From: Magallana gigas
Taxonomy: Eukaryota
DNA: 64,000 nucleotides
Direction: 5' to 3'
Assembly: GCF_963853765.1 (NCBI RefSeq)
Contig: NC_088859.1
Coordinates: 34,596,001-34,660,000 of the forward strand
The notes under the pieces are model-generated. The model was not told where the DNA came from. It made no database searches and worked only from the letters and a program-made list of their open reading frames with translations. A program made the position numbers and the translations under genes. Below are positions 11,248-21,489 of this stretch, in pieces. How positions within the stretch are numbered: position 1 is the first letter of the stretch; every line of letters begins with the position of its first letter.

Positions 11248-14236
11248 ATGCGGGGCCCCGCCGGCCTATGGCTGGTCGCGTGGCTGACCGCCGCTGTTCT
11301 GTCCTCCGCCCTAGGCCAGACTTGTCAGAGGTCGACGCTTCCTTGGCGAATAGCCGACGGAACCGACCCTGTGAAAATGGCGCGAGGAAACGTGACGGTG
11401 GTGGCGCTGCTGTTGGCCAGCTGACCTATGTGTCAGCAGCAGGCAGAAGGGTAAATAAAACCCAACGCTAAAGATCATTGTATGACATAGCATTGCATTA
11501 CCTCAAATTGTAGCAATACTATAGGCTCCTCCAAACACAGTTTCATATTTCCTTTTCTAAAGCATGTACAATTATCAGATGCAGTTATCAAAAGTTTTCC
11601 TAGACTTCTGTTTAAATGCTTGTCAATGATTATGGTAAAAAAGTGACCTGCAAAACCTTTTTTTATCTTCTTCAGAGAGCTAAGTATGATATTCTGATTA
11701 AAGTTAATCTTGAATCTTAAACACATTTTAGAAATCTGTTACCTTTATAGAAACATTTCTTTAATTTATAAAAAAACAATTATAATGACCTTTAATTACA
11801 CTTGCCAAAAAATAAAATTAAAAAAAATGAAAAAATATGAAGGGAATAAATTTTAATGTTGTTGGACTTTTACCTATATTTATTAAAATTCTTGTATTCA
11901 AGTTCAGAGTTTCATAAAACACCACAGAATTAAGTAGAGCAGTTCTATATGTTTAGAATTAAGTAGGCCCTGTGAAATACAGATTCATTAGCATATCTAT
12001 TATGTGCGTCTTTTGTCGGTCACAAACCCCGTCCCTGTTTTAATTTGATACAGATGTCACTTTCCTGACATACATATATACAATGTATTTAAATAGCCGT
12101 TCACATAAATATATCATGCAAATTTCTTTTTTGCAGAAAATAGGTTTACCGATTAGATTAATTTTTGACACGTACACCTGCACATAGCAGTAATATTTTA
12201 CTTTTTTAAATTCATATTCTAAACGACAATAACGTTTTCTTTTCATTCATTTTTGTATTACCAACATACTGAAATACTGATACAGGTAATTATATTTTTT
12301 GCAGTTTGGAAAGATTGAAGACATCATATCAACAGATAGGTAAAAGAGACATCACATTCTTAATTGTCAACCATGTCGCAGGAAAGGACTCAATTAACGA
12401 ACTGACTAGGCGAGTGTCATTTCCGGTCTACCAAGATGACCATACTTTGTCGATACAACAAAAACTCAACGCTAGCATAGACGACCTATTCCTTTATGAC
12501 AGGTACAAAGTAATACAAGCTGTGTATTAACGACAATCTTGTTCAAATTGATGCGGATTGGGGTCGTAAATATTTGATACGTATTCATAATTTGTATATA
12601 AATCAAGTGCAAAGTTTGGCCATTTGGTTTATGACTGATTACTGTACAAAAAAAAAAAAATAGTGCAATATAAAACCCCATGGCCAACTAAAATGTATAA
12701 TTAATTTATATTGTTAATAACTCAATCAATGGCATCTCTTTTTTTTCTTTTTTTTAAAGATGCAGTACACTCGTGTATCACTTAAAAAAACCTGAAAGTC
12801 TAGTGTCCCAGGGGACCATGCAAAGCAACTTGCTGACCACCTACTTAAACAACCCTTGCAATTGCACTAACAACTCTAACTCAAATGTAGCGACTGAGCC
12901 GACACCAAAAGAGCAACTAACAGGATCTGGCAGTTCACATACTTCCATCACTCGCAGAAAAAGACATATTGTAAACAACTTTGGTTCATCGTTGGTATCG
13001 ATGAACAGCGTTGTTTCTCATAACGGTCGTGTTCCAAAGTGAACTACTCATAGATGAGTTGCCATGCGTCGAAATCGAGCGCTGCGATACCTTTTGGTGC
13101 GAAGACTATGAAAATTTATTAAGAAGTATCGGTCAAATTATGAACCTCAACACTCATGTGTCTGTCCCAATCCATCGCCTGCTCTGAAACAAGAGTGCAC
13201 CTGATACGGTTATGGAATCTCAAATTCAGTCAGTTTCTGATCATGTCAAGAGCGCAGTAACACTGTTTATAGCGAATGTATTTGCAATAATTGTCCTGCG
13301 TTTCGGAGACGGCATCGTCAGCAGTTCGTAGATGATGACACCAACTGTGAACTTCTGACGAGCTGACACTGTAACCAGGAAAATGGTTTGTCGGCAACAG
13401 AATGCTCGTGACAACATCAGCTCGCGGCGTTAGAGCAACATCCGAGCTGACATTGTCACCTACAAGCAGACGATTCCTTGCAAGACTGTCAGTGACAAGG
13501 GTCTCGAGGATCCTGATCCTGACAGGAAGTTGGTACCAACATCCAGTGACAGTGACCGTCCGAAGGCGCTTCCTGTCTCTGAGAGAGTGGGTCATCAACT
13601 TGACAATGACAACAAATGCCAGTAAGAGACATTTCCTGACAGTGACAAGTAAATCCCGGGGAAACGAACTCGCAGACCTGACAATGACACCATGATGATG
13701 GCGACTGTCTTTGACAGTGTCAACAGTCTATCAACAATGTTGTCACGTGACAGTGACCCATGGGAAATACGGTTGATGCATATGTCAGCTGCTCTAATCC
13801 CAGTGCGTTGACTGGCCACTGACAATGACCGCTGGAAACAAGCAGTACGCGTAACTGACAGTGACTGAGTGACCAGTCAGGTGTTAACTCCTGATCCTGA
13901 CAAAACAGCATAGGGTCTTGACAATGACACACTGTGGACGACACTAATCTTTCTTGACAGTGCCAAGACTCAACACAGACTACCGAGACCTGATACTGTC
14001 AGACACCTGTAGACTCCACCAATGATTCTGTCTGACAGTGTCGTGCAATCAACGGGTCTTGACAGTGACAGACTCAGACCTCAGGAGGCATTGTTTGACA
14101 GGAAAAAGCCGGTCGCTCCTGAAATTGACATCCTATGTGACACTGACAAGTCAGTACCTGATACTGTCGAACAGGGACATATGACGACCGCGCCCACTGT
14201 CTTTGACAACCACAGACCTGACAGTGACAATATTAG
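11248..14236 (+). CDS. SELENOP: Selenoprotein P, copy 1 (46 Sec, 625 aa); exons 11248-11450, 12305-12502, 12760-14236
   Basis: Signal peptide MRGPAGLWLVAWLTAAVLSSALG; VVALLLAS-U-PMC (UxxC, TGA 11422-11424), cf. vertebrate VVALLQASUYLC. GT-AG phase-2/phase-2 introns join in frame to ...LNASIDDLFLYDR|CSTLVYHL (cf. human LNGSKDDFLIYDRCGRLVYHL). From 13040 the frame has 45 further TGA and no TAA/TAG until TAG 14234-14236. Total 1878 nt. Two SECIS in the 3' UTR. Confidence 0.97.
13040..14236 (+). CDS. SELENOP: Sec-rich C-terminal domain of SELENOP copy 1 (UGA2-UGA46)
   Basis: In-frame TGA at 13040,13055,13109,13202,13238,13364,13409,13448,13493,13514,13520,13547,13553,13580,13601,13607,13637,13643,13679,13685,13712,13748,13754,13820,13826,13856,13862,13892,13898,13919,13925,13955,13991,14033,14060,14066,14096,14120,14126,14138,14144,14159,14204,14219,14225; mostly in U-x-U, U-x-C or C-x-U motifs. 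Confidence 0.95.
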
Positions 14237-14441
14237 AGAGTAGGGTCTCGTCAAATCAAATCGTCAAATCGTCTCTACTGGTAAACATGTTTTAGGGTCG
14301 AAATGCAAAGACTGTCTTAAGTTTGACCAACGATTCACTTGCAATAATTTTCTTATTGCAATGTGTAATAATTTCTTTCCAATGTTGTATAGCGCATCTG
14401 TAATCAGTGCCATGAAGATCGATTTGCTGCACATTCCGTTT

Positions 14442-14512
14442 CGTCCTCTGTCAATGACGATTTCCAGATAAAACCCAACAGGTCTCCGGGGGTCTGATCC
14501 AATCAGAGAACG
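14442..14512 (+). promoter_or_regulatory. SECIS1 (form-2-like) of SELENOP copy 1
   Basis: AUGA 14454-14457 and UGAU 14495-14498; helix II GAUUUCC/GGGGGUC plus AGA/UCU; unpaired AAAA 14470-14473; mini-stem CC/GG; helix I CUCUG/CAGAG. Confidence 0.9.
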
Positions 14513-14819
14513 GCGGAATATGTGAAATCTTTCTGATGACATTGACTAACTAGATGCGTTATACAACATATTGTTTATATATGTACCTCATCTCATTGTT
14601 TTTTCTACGGCTTTTTTTAATGATTAACACGGTAAAGAATTGTATACTCTAAAACCTGTATAAAAAAATTTCCGAAATATTTTTGTTCTGAAGAAAATTG
14701 ATATTTTTAACTAACTTCCAGCCTATTTTGTTTTCTGTTACTTCTTTTTTGTTTTTGTTTTTGTTTCAAGTAGACGCTATATCATGTCATCATATTTTCA
14801 GAAAAAGAAAAATTCTAAC

Positions 14820-14918
14820 AATGTAGACCCTGCTATATCCGGCCATGAAATGTCACCCTGAAACTTTAAAAAGAGGGGTGGTTTTGAATAATTTGGATCA
14901 ATAGGCAGCATCTACATT
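14820..14918 (+). promoter_or_regulatory. SECIS2 (form-2-like) of SELENOP copy 1
   Basis: AUGA 14845-14848 and UGAA 14885-14888; helix GUCACCCU/GGGGUGGU; AAA 14861-14863; mini-stem CUU/AAG; basal AAUGUAGA/UCUACAUU. AATAAA follows at 14994-14999. Confidence 0.92.
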
Positions 14919-17640
14919 GCTACTTTTTTCTTCAGTATGATCAATATTCATCTTTACAATACAAAAAACTTAATATGTATAATGTAACTACAAAATAAAC
15001 ATGAAAACTAGACTTGTTTTATGTACATGTACATAGCTTTCCAAAACTGTTCTATCTTTTATTCCAGTGATAAGAATGTACTACTATTGCACTACTAAGT
15101 ATATAGTCAGATAACAACCATAGGGTATCATTGATTAATGACCGTCGTAATCCGGAAATTTGGACATTTAATTCTTAGATAAAAAATAAGATGCACTAGA
15201 TTAAAGGATTCGCAATTTTGATTGACATGCAACATACATAATAAAGCAACAAATTTTCACTTTATTTAGGTAAAAATGGTCTCTCAATGAATATTTCTAT
15301 TGCAATCCAAAGCGTTATATTATCATGATTAAACTTCGTCGCATTTGAACGAAATATTCAAAACGAACATAAACTGCCAAAGAACATAGTTTTCTCTTTT
15401 CCTCCTTAAATAAAGAATACTGAAACATTGCACGTGTATCTACAAGCACACAGGCAATTTCACATTTAGTTTCAACACACCAGTATCATACAATTATAAT
15501 AAATTAATATATATCATAATACTTATCTTGAAACTGGTTATAAAACACTACTCGTTTTCAGTTGAATTTTTTAAAATGAGGATGTTTATTAGTATATTAT
15601 AATTAAATAAATAATATTTGAAAATCAAGTAAAGGAAAAAAGTACATAAAACAGTAAATCCCCAAGCAAAATATAGCATAGTTTGTGCATTGTTCTTGGT
15701 GAGTTTGCCTTGGTGGTAGTGAGGAGAGCCCATAACGAGGTCAAGGCGCCTGTCTCTCTTTTAATCCATACATGTAGTTCAAAGTTCATTTTAAATTCCA
15801 CTTTCCCCATGGATATTAAAGTACGTGTATGTGATAACTGAAAATCAAATTCAAGTATCTTTGAAAGAAATTCAAAATAAAAAAAGGCGGATCAAGTATG
15901 TTTCACAGAGTTGAGTCATGCTGCCATTTATTTTTATTTTTCTATGAATTCCAGTTACAGTATTCGACGTTATCTTAAATAAAATATTTTAAATTTCGTT
16001 CGGTACCACAAAAATAAAAACCGATGTTGCAAATATGTTAATGATTAATTTCCTTAGACCTAAGCATCGCCATCTTGTGTAAAATTGTTGGAGAATTGCT
16101 ATTACAGAAAGGAGAAAACTCAGTGTTTTAAAAATCAAAATGAGTTATTTCCCTTTTAGATAAAAAAAAAATAATAAACAGTTTGCCTGACGCATTTTTC
16201 TCGAAATGTTTTGGCCTAAAAACCAAATGATTTTTTTGTTTTTAAAATGTGATTCTGTAACCCCTTTCAAGATATCTGCAGTAGTTCTCTATTGATTGAC
16301 TAATCTATAAACTTTTGCGAATTTTTATTTTCAAATGACCAATTGCTTTCATACCATATAGCACACCAAATTTTAAATTGACCTGCGAGTGACCATGCGC
16401 AGTTTTTGAATCACAATAACTGTAAAACAGTAGATTCATTCTGGTATGATTCTTCTGATAATTTCTGTTAAAAAAATGAATGTTAAATATTAAACGTCAT
16501 ATAATTTGTACAAACCGCTCATGTAGCCCTAGAATATTATTTTGCAATTTTTTGCCACCATCATAAAATCACAAAGTGAAAAGGTAAAGTTTAAAGATAT
16601 TCAAATTTCGGATATTGTGATGAATATGCAACTGAAATCATTTTAAGGGGAATAATTTAATTATGCTTGATTATTGTGATTGAAAAGATAAAAACAAACA
16701 AACAAACAAAAAATCAAACAAATGCATTATATTTACATTTACATCACCCTTATAAAGACACATGGCAAATAAGTTTATTTAATTTCTTTAAAATACAAGT
16801 GATAGTGTTGAATTTCGTAAATATTATTTTATGCATTTTTTATTTCAGCTTTACAAATTAACGTTTATCATTACAATAATAAAATCATTCATATTAAAAA
16901 GTTGTGTTATACGTGTTATCCCTTAAAGTTAAAAATAGCAAATGGTCAGTTCTATATTTAATTCTGGTTGTTGATTGGCTGAGAGAATTTTCCCGCGGTG
17001 CGTGGCAGGTAGTTTTCTGGTGAGGGGTAGTTTTTGTCGAGCTCAGGAGAGGTGGACATTATATGATTGAGATTACACAACTAAATACGACTTCTGACAT
17101 GACTTTATACTGTAAGTTCTTTTACTTTTTAATTCACAGGTAAACTCTAATTAAATAGCGTAATATTTTTGATTGTCTTTAGTTTTTACATAAAAGTGAG
17201 AATGCTAAGTGTGAAAGCAGATAATGAAATTATTATTTGCTGGTATTTATCAAAAATAGTGTTCTATACGCACACATTTATCTAATGTTTTACAGGATCC
17301 TGACTTGATTAACAGCATTTGTCATAATTATTTGAAGTGGACCCTGATCCACAATCAGGTTTTACAAAATTTTGTTACCTAAATAAATCTATAAATTGTT
17401 GTTATTATAGAGATGCATATATATGATATATCTCTAAATGTATAAATATATGATTTAGTAATGTTGCATATGTACGTGTAGAAATTACATGGATGAAGTA
17501 ATTGTTTATGTAAGAGCGATAACTCATATAATTATGAACATCGTGTAATTGTTGTGTATATATTGTTTATATCATTATCATGTTATGCATATTATAAGGC
17601 ATACTCTCATTGTAAATTTCAGGGTTTTCATGTTAATACA

Positions 17641-17642
<2 letters not shown>

Positions 17643-17715
<73 letters not shown>
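17643..17715. repeat. (AT)n microsatellite
   Basis: Uninterrupted AT run. Confidence 0.95.
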
Positions 17716-17719
<4 letters not shown>

Positions 17720-19523
17720 AACCATCAGTATTGTTATTCTTGGTACAACGCCCAATAGTAACGCTACTTCATACACTCAAGGGAAGTTCAGGCAAAATAA
17801 CACGTAAACCTACGAAAGAGAGTAGACTATAATTGTTAACAAACCACAATTCACATCTAATATTCATACTTCTTTACCTAATAATCAAATGTGTGCAAAT
17901 CAGGACCACATCTATGGTAGAGCCCCATAGATCTACATAAATTAGCAAACACATTTTAATTTCTCAAATCAAAACGTTTTAAAAATTGATTTTTTGTTAT
18001 TAAAAAAGAAAAGTTCATTTATTTGTAATGCTTTGATTTGTATAAAACATTAAAAATGTAAACAGAAACTTTACTAGTTGGTAAGTTTGATCAGCTGATG
18101 CTTTAAATCTCTCTATTGAGGCGAAAGTTATTTCAAATCTTACTGAGAAATAATTCATTTTTGTTTTTATCATAAATAATTTTGTTGTTGTTGATCATTA
18201 GTATTTTTTTGGTTTGAATGCATCATTAATGTATCAAATAAATTTTTTAATTGAATTTGTTTCCCATTTTAGTGAAAATTTATCATTTCAGCGTGACAGG
18301 AAATTCAGGTATATACAACTGTAATTTGTCTTATCCTGATGTAATGTTAATGAAAATTTTAAATATTAAGAGTTTAAATACTTAGATATTGATTGATTAA
18401 ACATGTATGATGATATTTTTTCTCTTTTTTTGAAAAGAGGTGGGGTTGGAGTACCAGAGTTGAGGAAGTTTAATTTGATGTAGAGATGTTTAAAACATTT
18501 GTAGTTGCATAAGAAAACATTCACTAACAAAACTATATAAAAATGCAGTACATCGTAATTTGTTACGGATATGGCAAATTCAAATCACATTGAGAATGTT
18601 TTTAAAGTTATATGAATATTAAATTTTTAGTTTCCAACAGAGTGATTTAATATTACTCATTACAATTATTCCTATAAGACAATAAATCAAAATCGTTTCC
18701 TGCTTTAGATACATGTACATTGCTTCATTAAAGATATACACAAGAAAGAAAATTAACTATTGCTTAATAAATTTTGAAAGTCTTATGAAACTTGATAATA
18801 AGTCTTGTAACCTTTTTGTTTATTTCTATCGTGATATTTTATATCCTGACGCCATTAATTGTCCATTTTTAACACTCAGTGAAAGGTTTATAGAGGTAAG
18901 TCAGTTTTTCCTGCATGTATCGTTTCTCTGCTCTGACGTAGATAAGCTGGTGATTGGGTCAATGTTTATATAGAGTTGATAGAACATATTGAGAAAAATT
19001 ATGCCTGGATGAAGCAAACTTTTGTACTGTCATGAAAAAACAAGGATTCAATATGTTTCGATTATTGACCCTTAGTTATATTTACATGATTTGCGCAAAA
19101 AATGAATATAATTTGTGAAATATGAGACCATCGCAATCCCAATTTTTGTACAGAAATGTGGTTAATGTTTACATAAATAAATTGCAGTTTATAGATTACA
19201 AATAAATATAAATAGGTAATTTCACTTTTTGTTAGGTGTCTTACCGTTCCTTTTTATTTAAATGCTATGGAAATCTTTCTCGGTGGTCTGAAACATAAAA
19301 TATCATTATACTTTCATGTTAAATACTGTAATCTGATGGGTTTAAACGCAGTTGGTAATCCGTTCTATTACCCCCCGCTTTAGCAACGCACTTGGCAACG
19401 AGTAACACAACGAATTGTTACATGCGCGTAAAGTATGCGCGTACGGTTCGCTGTAGAATTCACTTCATTTCTAGATAAAAGCAGTACATTTTCTTTAAAA
19501 ATAAGACATTCAGTATAATAAAA

Positions 19524-19670
19524 TAAATAGTGCCCGTTTGGGAGGGTAACCGTTGAAATTGACACCCCTCGAAACCCATTGTCAACCTCGGCTTCGCGTC
19601 AGTTGACAATGCATATGGTTTTCTCGGGATGTCAATTTCAAAAGATACCCTCCCAAACAGGCACTATTTA
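19524..19670. mobile_element. Palindromic hairpin mini-element
   Basis: TAAATAGTGCCCGTTTGGGAGGGTA...TTGAAATTGACA pairs with TGTCAATTTCAA...TACCCTCCCAAACAGGCACTATTTA; inner ATTGTCAAC/GTTGACAAT. Confidence 0.8.
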
Positions 19671-20656
19671 TATAATTGTACAATGTCTGAAAATGAAAAA
19701 ATGACTTCAATAGTGTCTAAAATAGTAAGAACCTTTGTTGTCAGGTGTGAAGAAATTAAATGATTTGTTCACTAGTCCTTTATATGTTGTTTTATTTTCT
19801 GATTAAAGCTTTCAAGGCTGGTAAAAAATGACCAATGGCATGTTGCAATGTTAAGCTGAACCTAACTCTGTTTCTTGATTACCGAACTGTCTATAAGGAA
19901 ATGTTGGAACTGTAAATTTTTAACTGGACCTCAGCTTGTTTTGGAATTTAAAGGGTGATAGACCCTCTACGATGTCATAAGTGATTCGATTTATCTCTTT
20001 TCTGTACGCTAAGACTTTTAAAAACTGTTGAAAATGAAATATTTTCTTGGCAGTATAAATTAAATCATGAAAAAACTAATCTGGATACCTACACTCAATT
20101 TAAGATTTCCATTGAGGATGTCAACAGAATTTTTAATACTGTTTTTGTATAGACTGTATGGATTCTAGATAAAATTATGTAATTAAAAATGTTCAAATCT
20201 TCAAGTTTTGTAACTATCTAATATTCATATTTCATTTAAAATGTCAGTTTAAAACATGATTTTTTGTTGTGTTTACCAAAAGATAAGCCCCGATACATCT
20301 TACCAAACAAAGCAATTATTATGAAACATCATTGAAAAAATATATAACTTATATTTCATAAACCGTTAGGCACCTTTTAATTTGCTAGGTCTTCACTTGT
20401 GAGCGTTAGTGTTTCAAGATTCGTATGCCACATTTACCAGCCGCACCACCTTGAAAAAATAAAGACCGAAATTGATCTGATTTGTGCTAAACTTATTAGC
20501 TCAGTAACAAGCACAAGGTCGATCGACTTAGCAGAAATTGTTTTCTTTCTTTTTTGCATTTGAATATCTGACAAGGCGACAGAATTAAGTGTCAAACAAG
20601 CAAACTAATTATCTACCAGTCAACTTATCGATAATTTTCATGGTTTTTTTCTATAA

Positions 20657-21116
20657 GGCCATTCCAAGTTTTTTCTATGTTTAGCGTCCGCGGATGGATT
20701 GGTTTTCAGATGTAAAAAAAAAAAAAAAACCACAATGGTTGTTCATAAAATTCGATCGTTTTTTTTTCGAATATCGGGCTCGGGATCGCATTTTTAAATC
20801 GGGATCGGAAATCAAATATTTATAAACAACATTCAAAATGTAAACTGTCAGTTCTAACCATACTATAATGCAGGGAATTTATTTGATTTTTATTTCTTAT
20901 ATGAAGTTTTGTGCCAAAGATATGGATTTTTAAAATTATATTATTTGTTATTTTTGATACAAAATGAATAAAATACTTCAAAATATATAATAAATTTTAT
21001 TTTGTTGAACCTTTAAAGTTGTATGTTATTCTCAGGTTTGTGGGTTTTTTCCTGATAGAAAGATAGGTTTTTGAGTTTTGGGTGGACGCTAAACAAAGAA
21101 AAAACTTGCAATGGCC
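20657..21116. mobile_element. PIF/Harbinger-type MITE
   Basis: TAA|GGCCATTCCAAGTTTTTTCTATGTTTAGCGTCC ... GGACGCTAAACAAAGAAAAAACTTGCAATGGCC|TAA (3-bp TAA target duplication). Confidence 0.85.
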
Positions 21117-21122
21117 TAACCT

Positions 21123-21345
21123 GAGGCCAGGCTCCTCAGGGTCAACTTTGGTTTTACTGTTTTTCACGAGGCCAGTCTCCTCAGTCATTTTAATGTCAGA
21201 AATTGTTTTACTGTTTTTCACGAGGCCAGTTTTCTGTCATTTTAATGTCAGAAATTGTTTTACTGTTTAACGAGGCCAGTCTCCTCAGTCAAGTCCAGGT
21301 CAGAAATTAGTTTACTGTTTTTCATGAGGCCAGTCTCCCCCGTCA
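21123..21345. repeat. ~54-bp minisatellite, ~5 units
   Basis: GAGGCCAG recurs at 21123, 21168, 21222, 21272, 21326. Confidence 0.85.
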
Positions 21346-21489
21346 TGTCAGTCTGTAACTATTTCCTGTTTATCCTCGAAAACTTCCGCCGTGGTATCTA
21401 CAAAAAAAACCCCTTATATATAAAGATCATAAAATGTCATGCAAAGACCATGGTTTTTTTTAGGGCGTTTGGACTGTGAAAATAAAACG

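Noticed and set aside
11422-11424. TGA at 11422 (also 13040, 34517, 36324) treated as a stop by the ORF track
   Set aside because: SELENOP homology continues through UxxC, splicing stays in frame and SECIS elements are present, so these are Sec codons.
13040-14236. Reading SELENOP copy 1 exon 3 as a pseudogene full of stops
   Set aside because: All 45 interruptions are TGA, with no TAA/TAG or frameshift over ~400 codons, which random decay would not produce.
13230-14243. Track ORFs at 13230-13598(-), 13402-13695(+), 13595-13825(-), 13720-13944(-), 14022-14243(+)
   Set aside because: Shadow frames of the TGACA-rich Sec domain; no independent start or splice support.
14412-14537. Outer AUGA/UGAU quartet as a stand-alone third SECIS
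   Set aside because: It has no apical AAR loop of its own (its apex is SECIS1), so it is reported as a nested structure rather than an independent SECIS.
14264-14542. Near-identical antisense peptides at 14264-14542(-) and 37370-37585(-)
   Set aside because: The identity comes from conservation of the SECIS1 hairpin on the + strand; the flanks and ends of the two ORFs do not match.
17549-17832. ORFs with poly-(IY)
   Set aside because: Artefacts of the (AT)n microsatellite.
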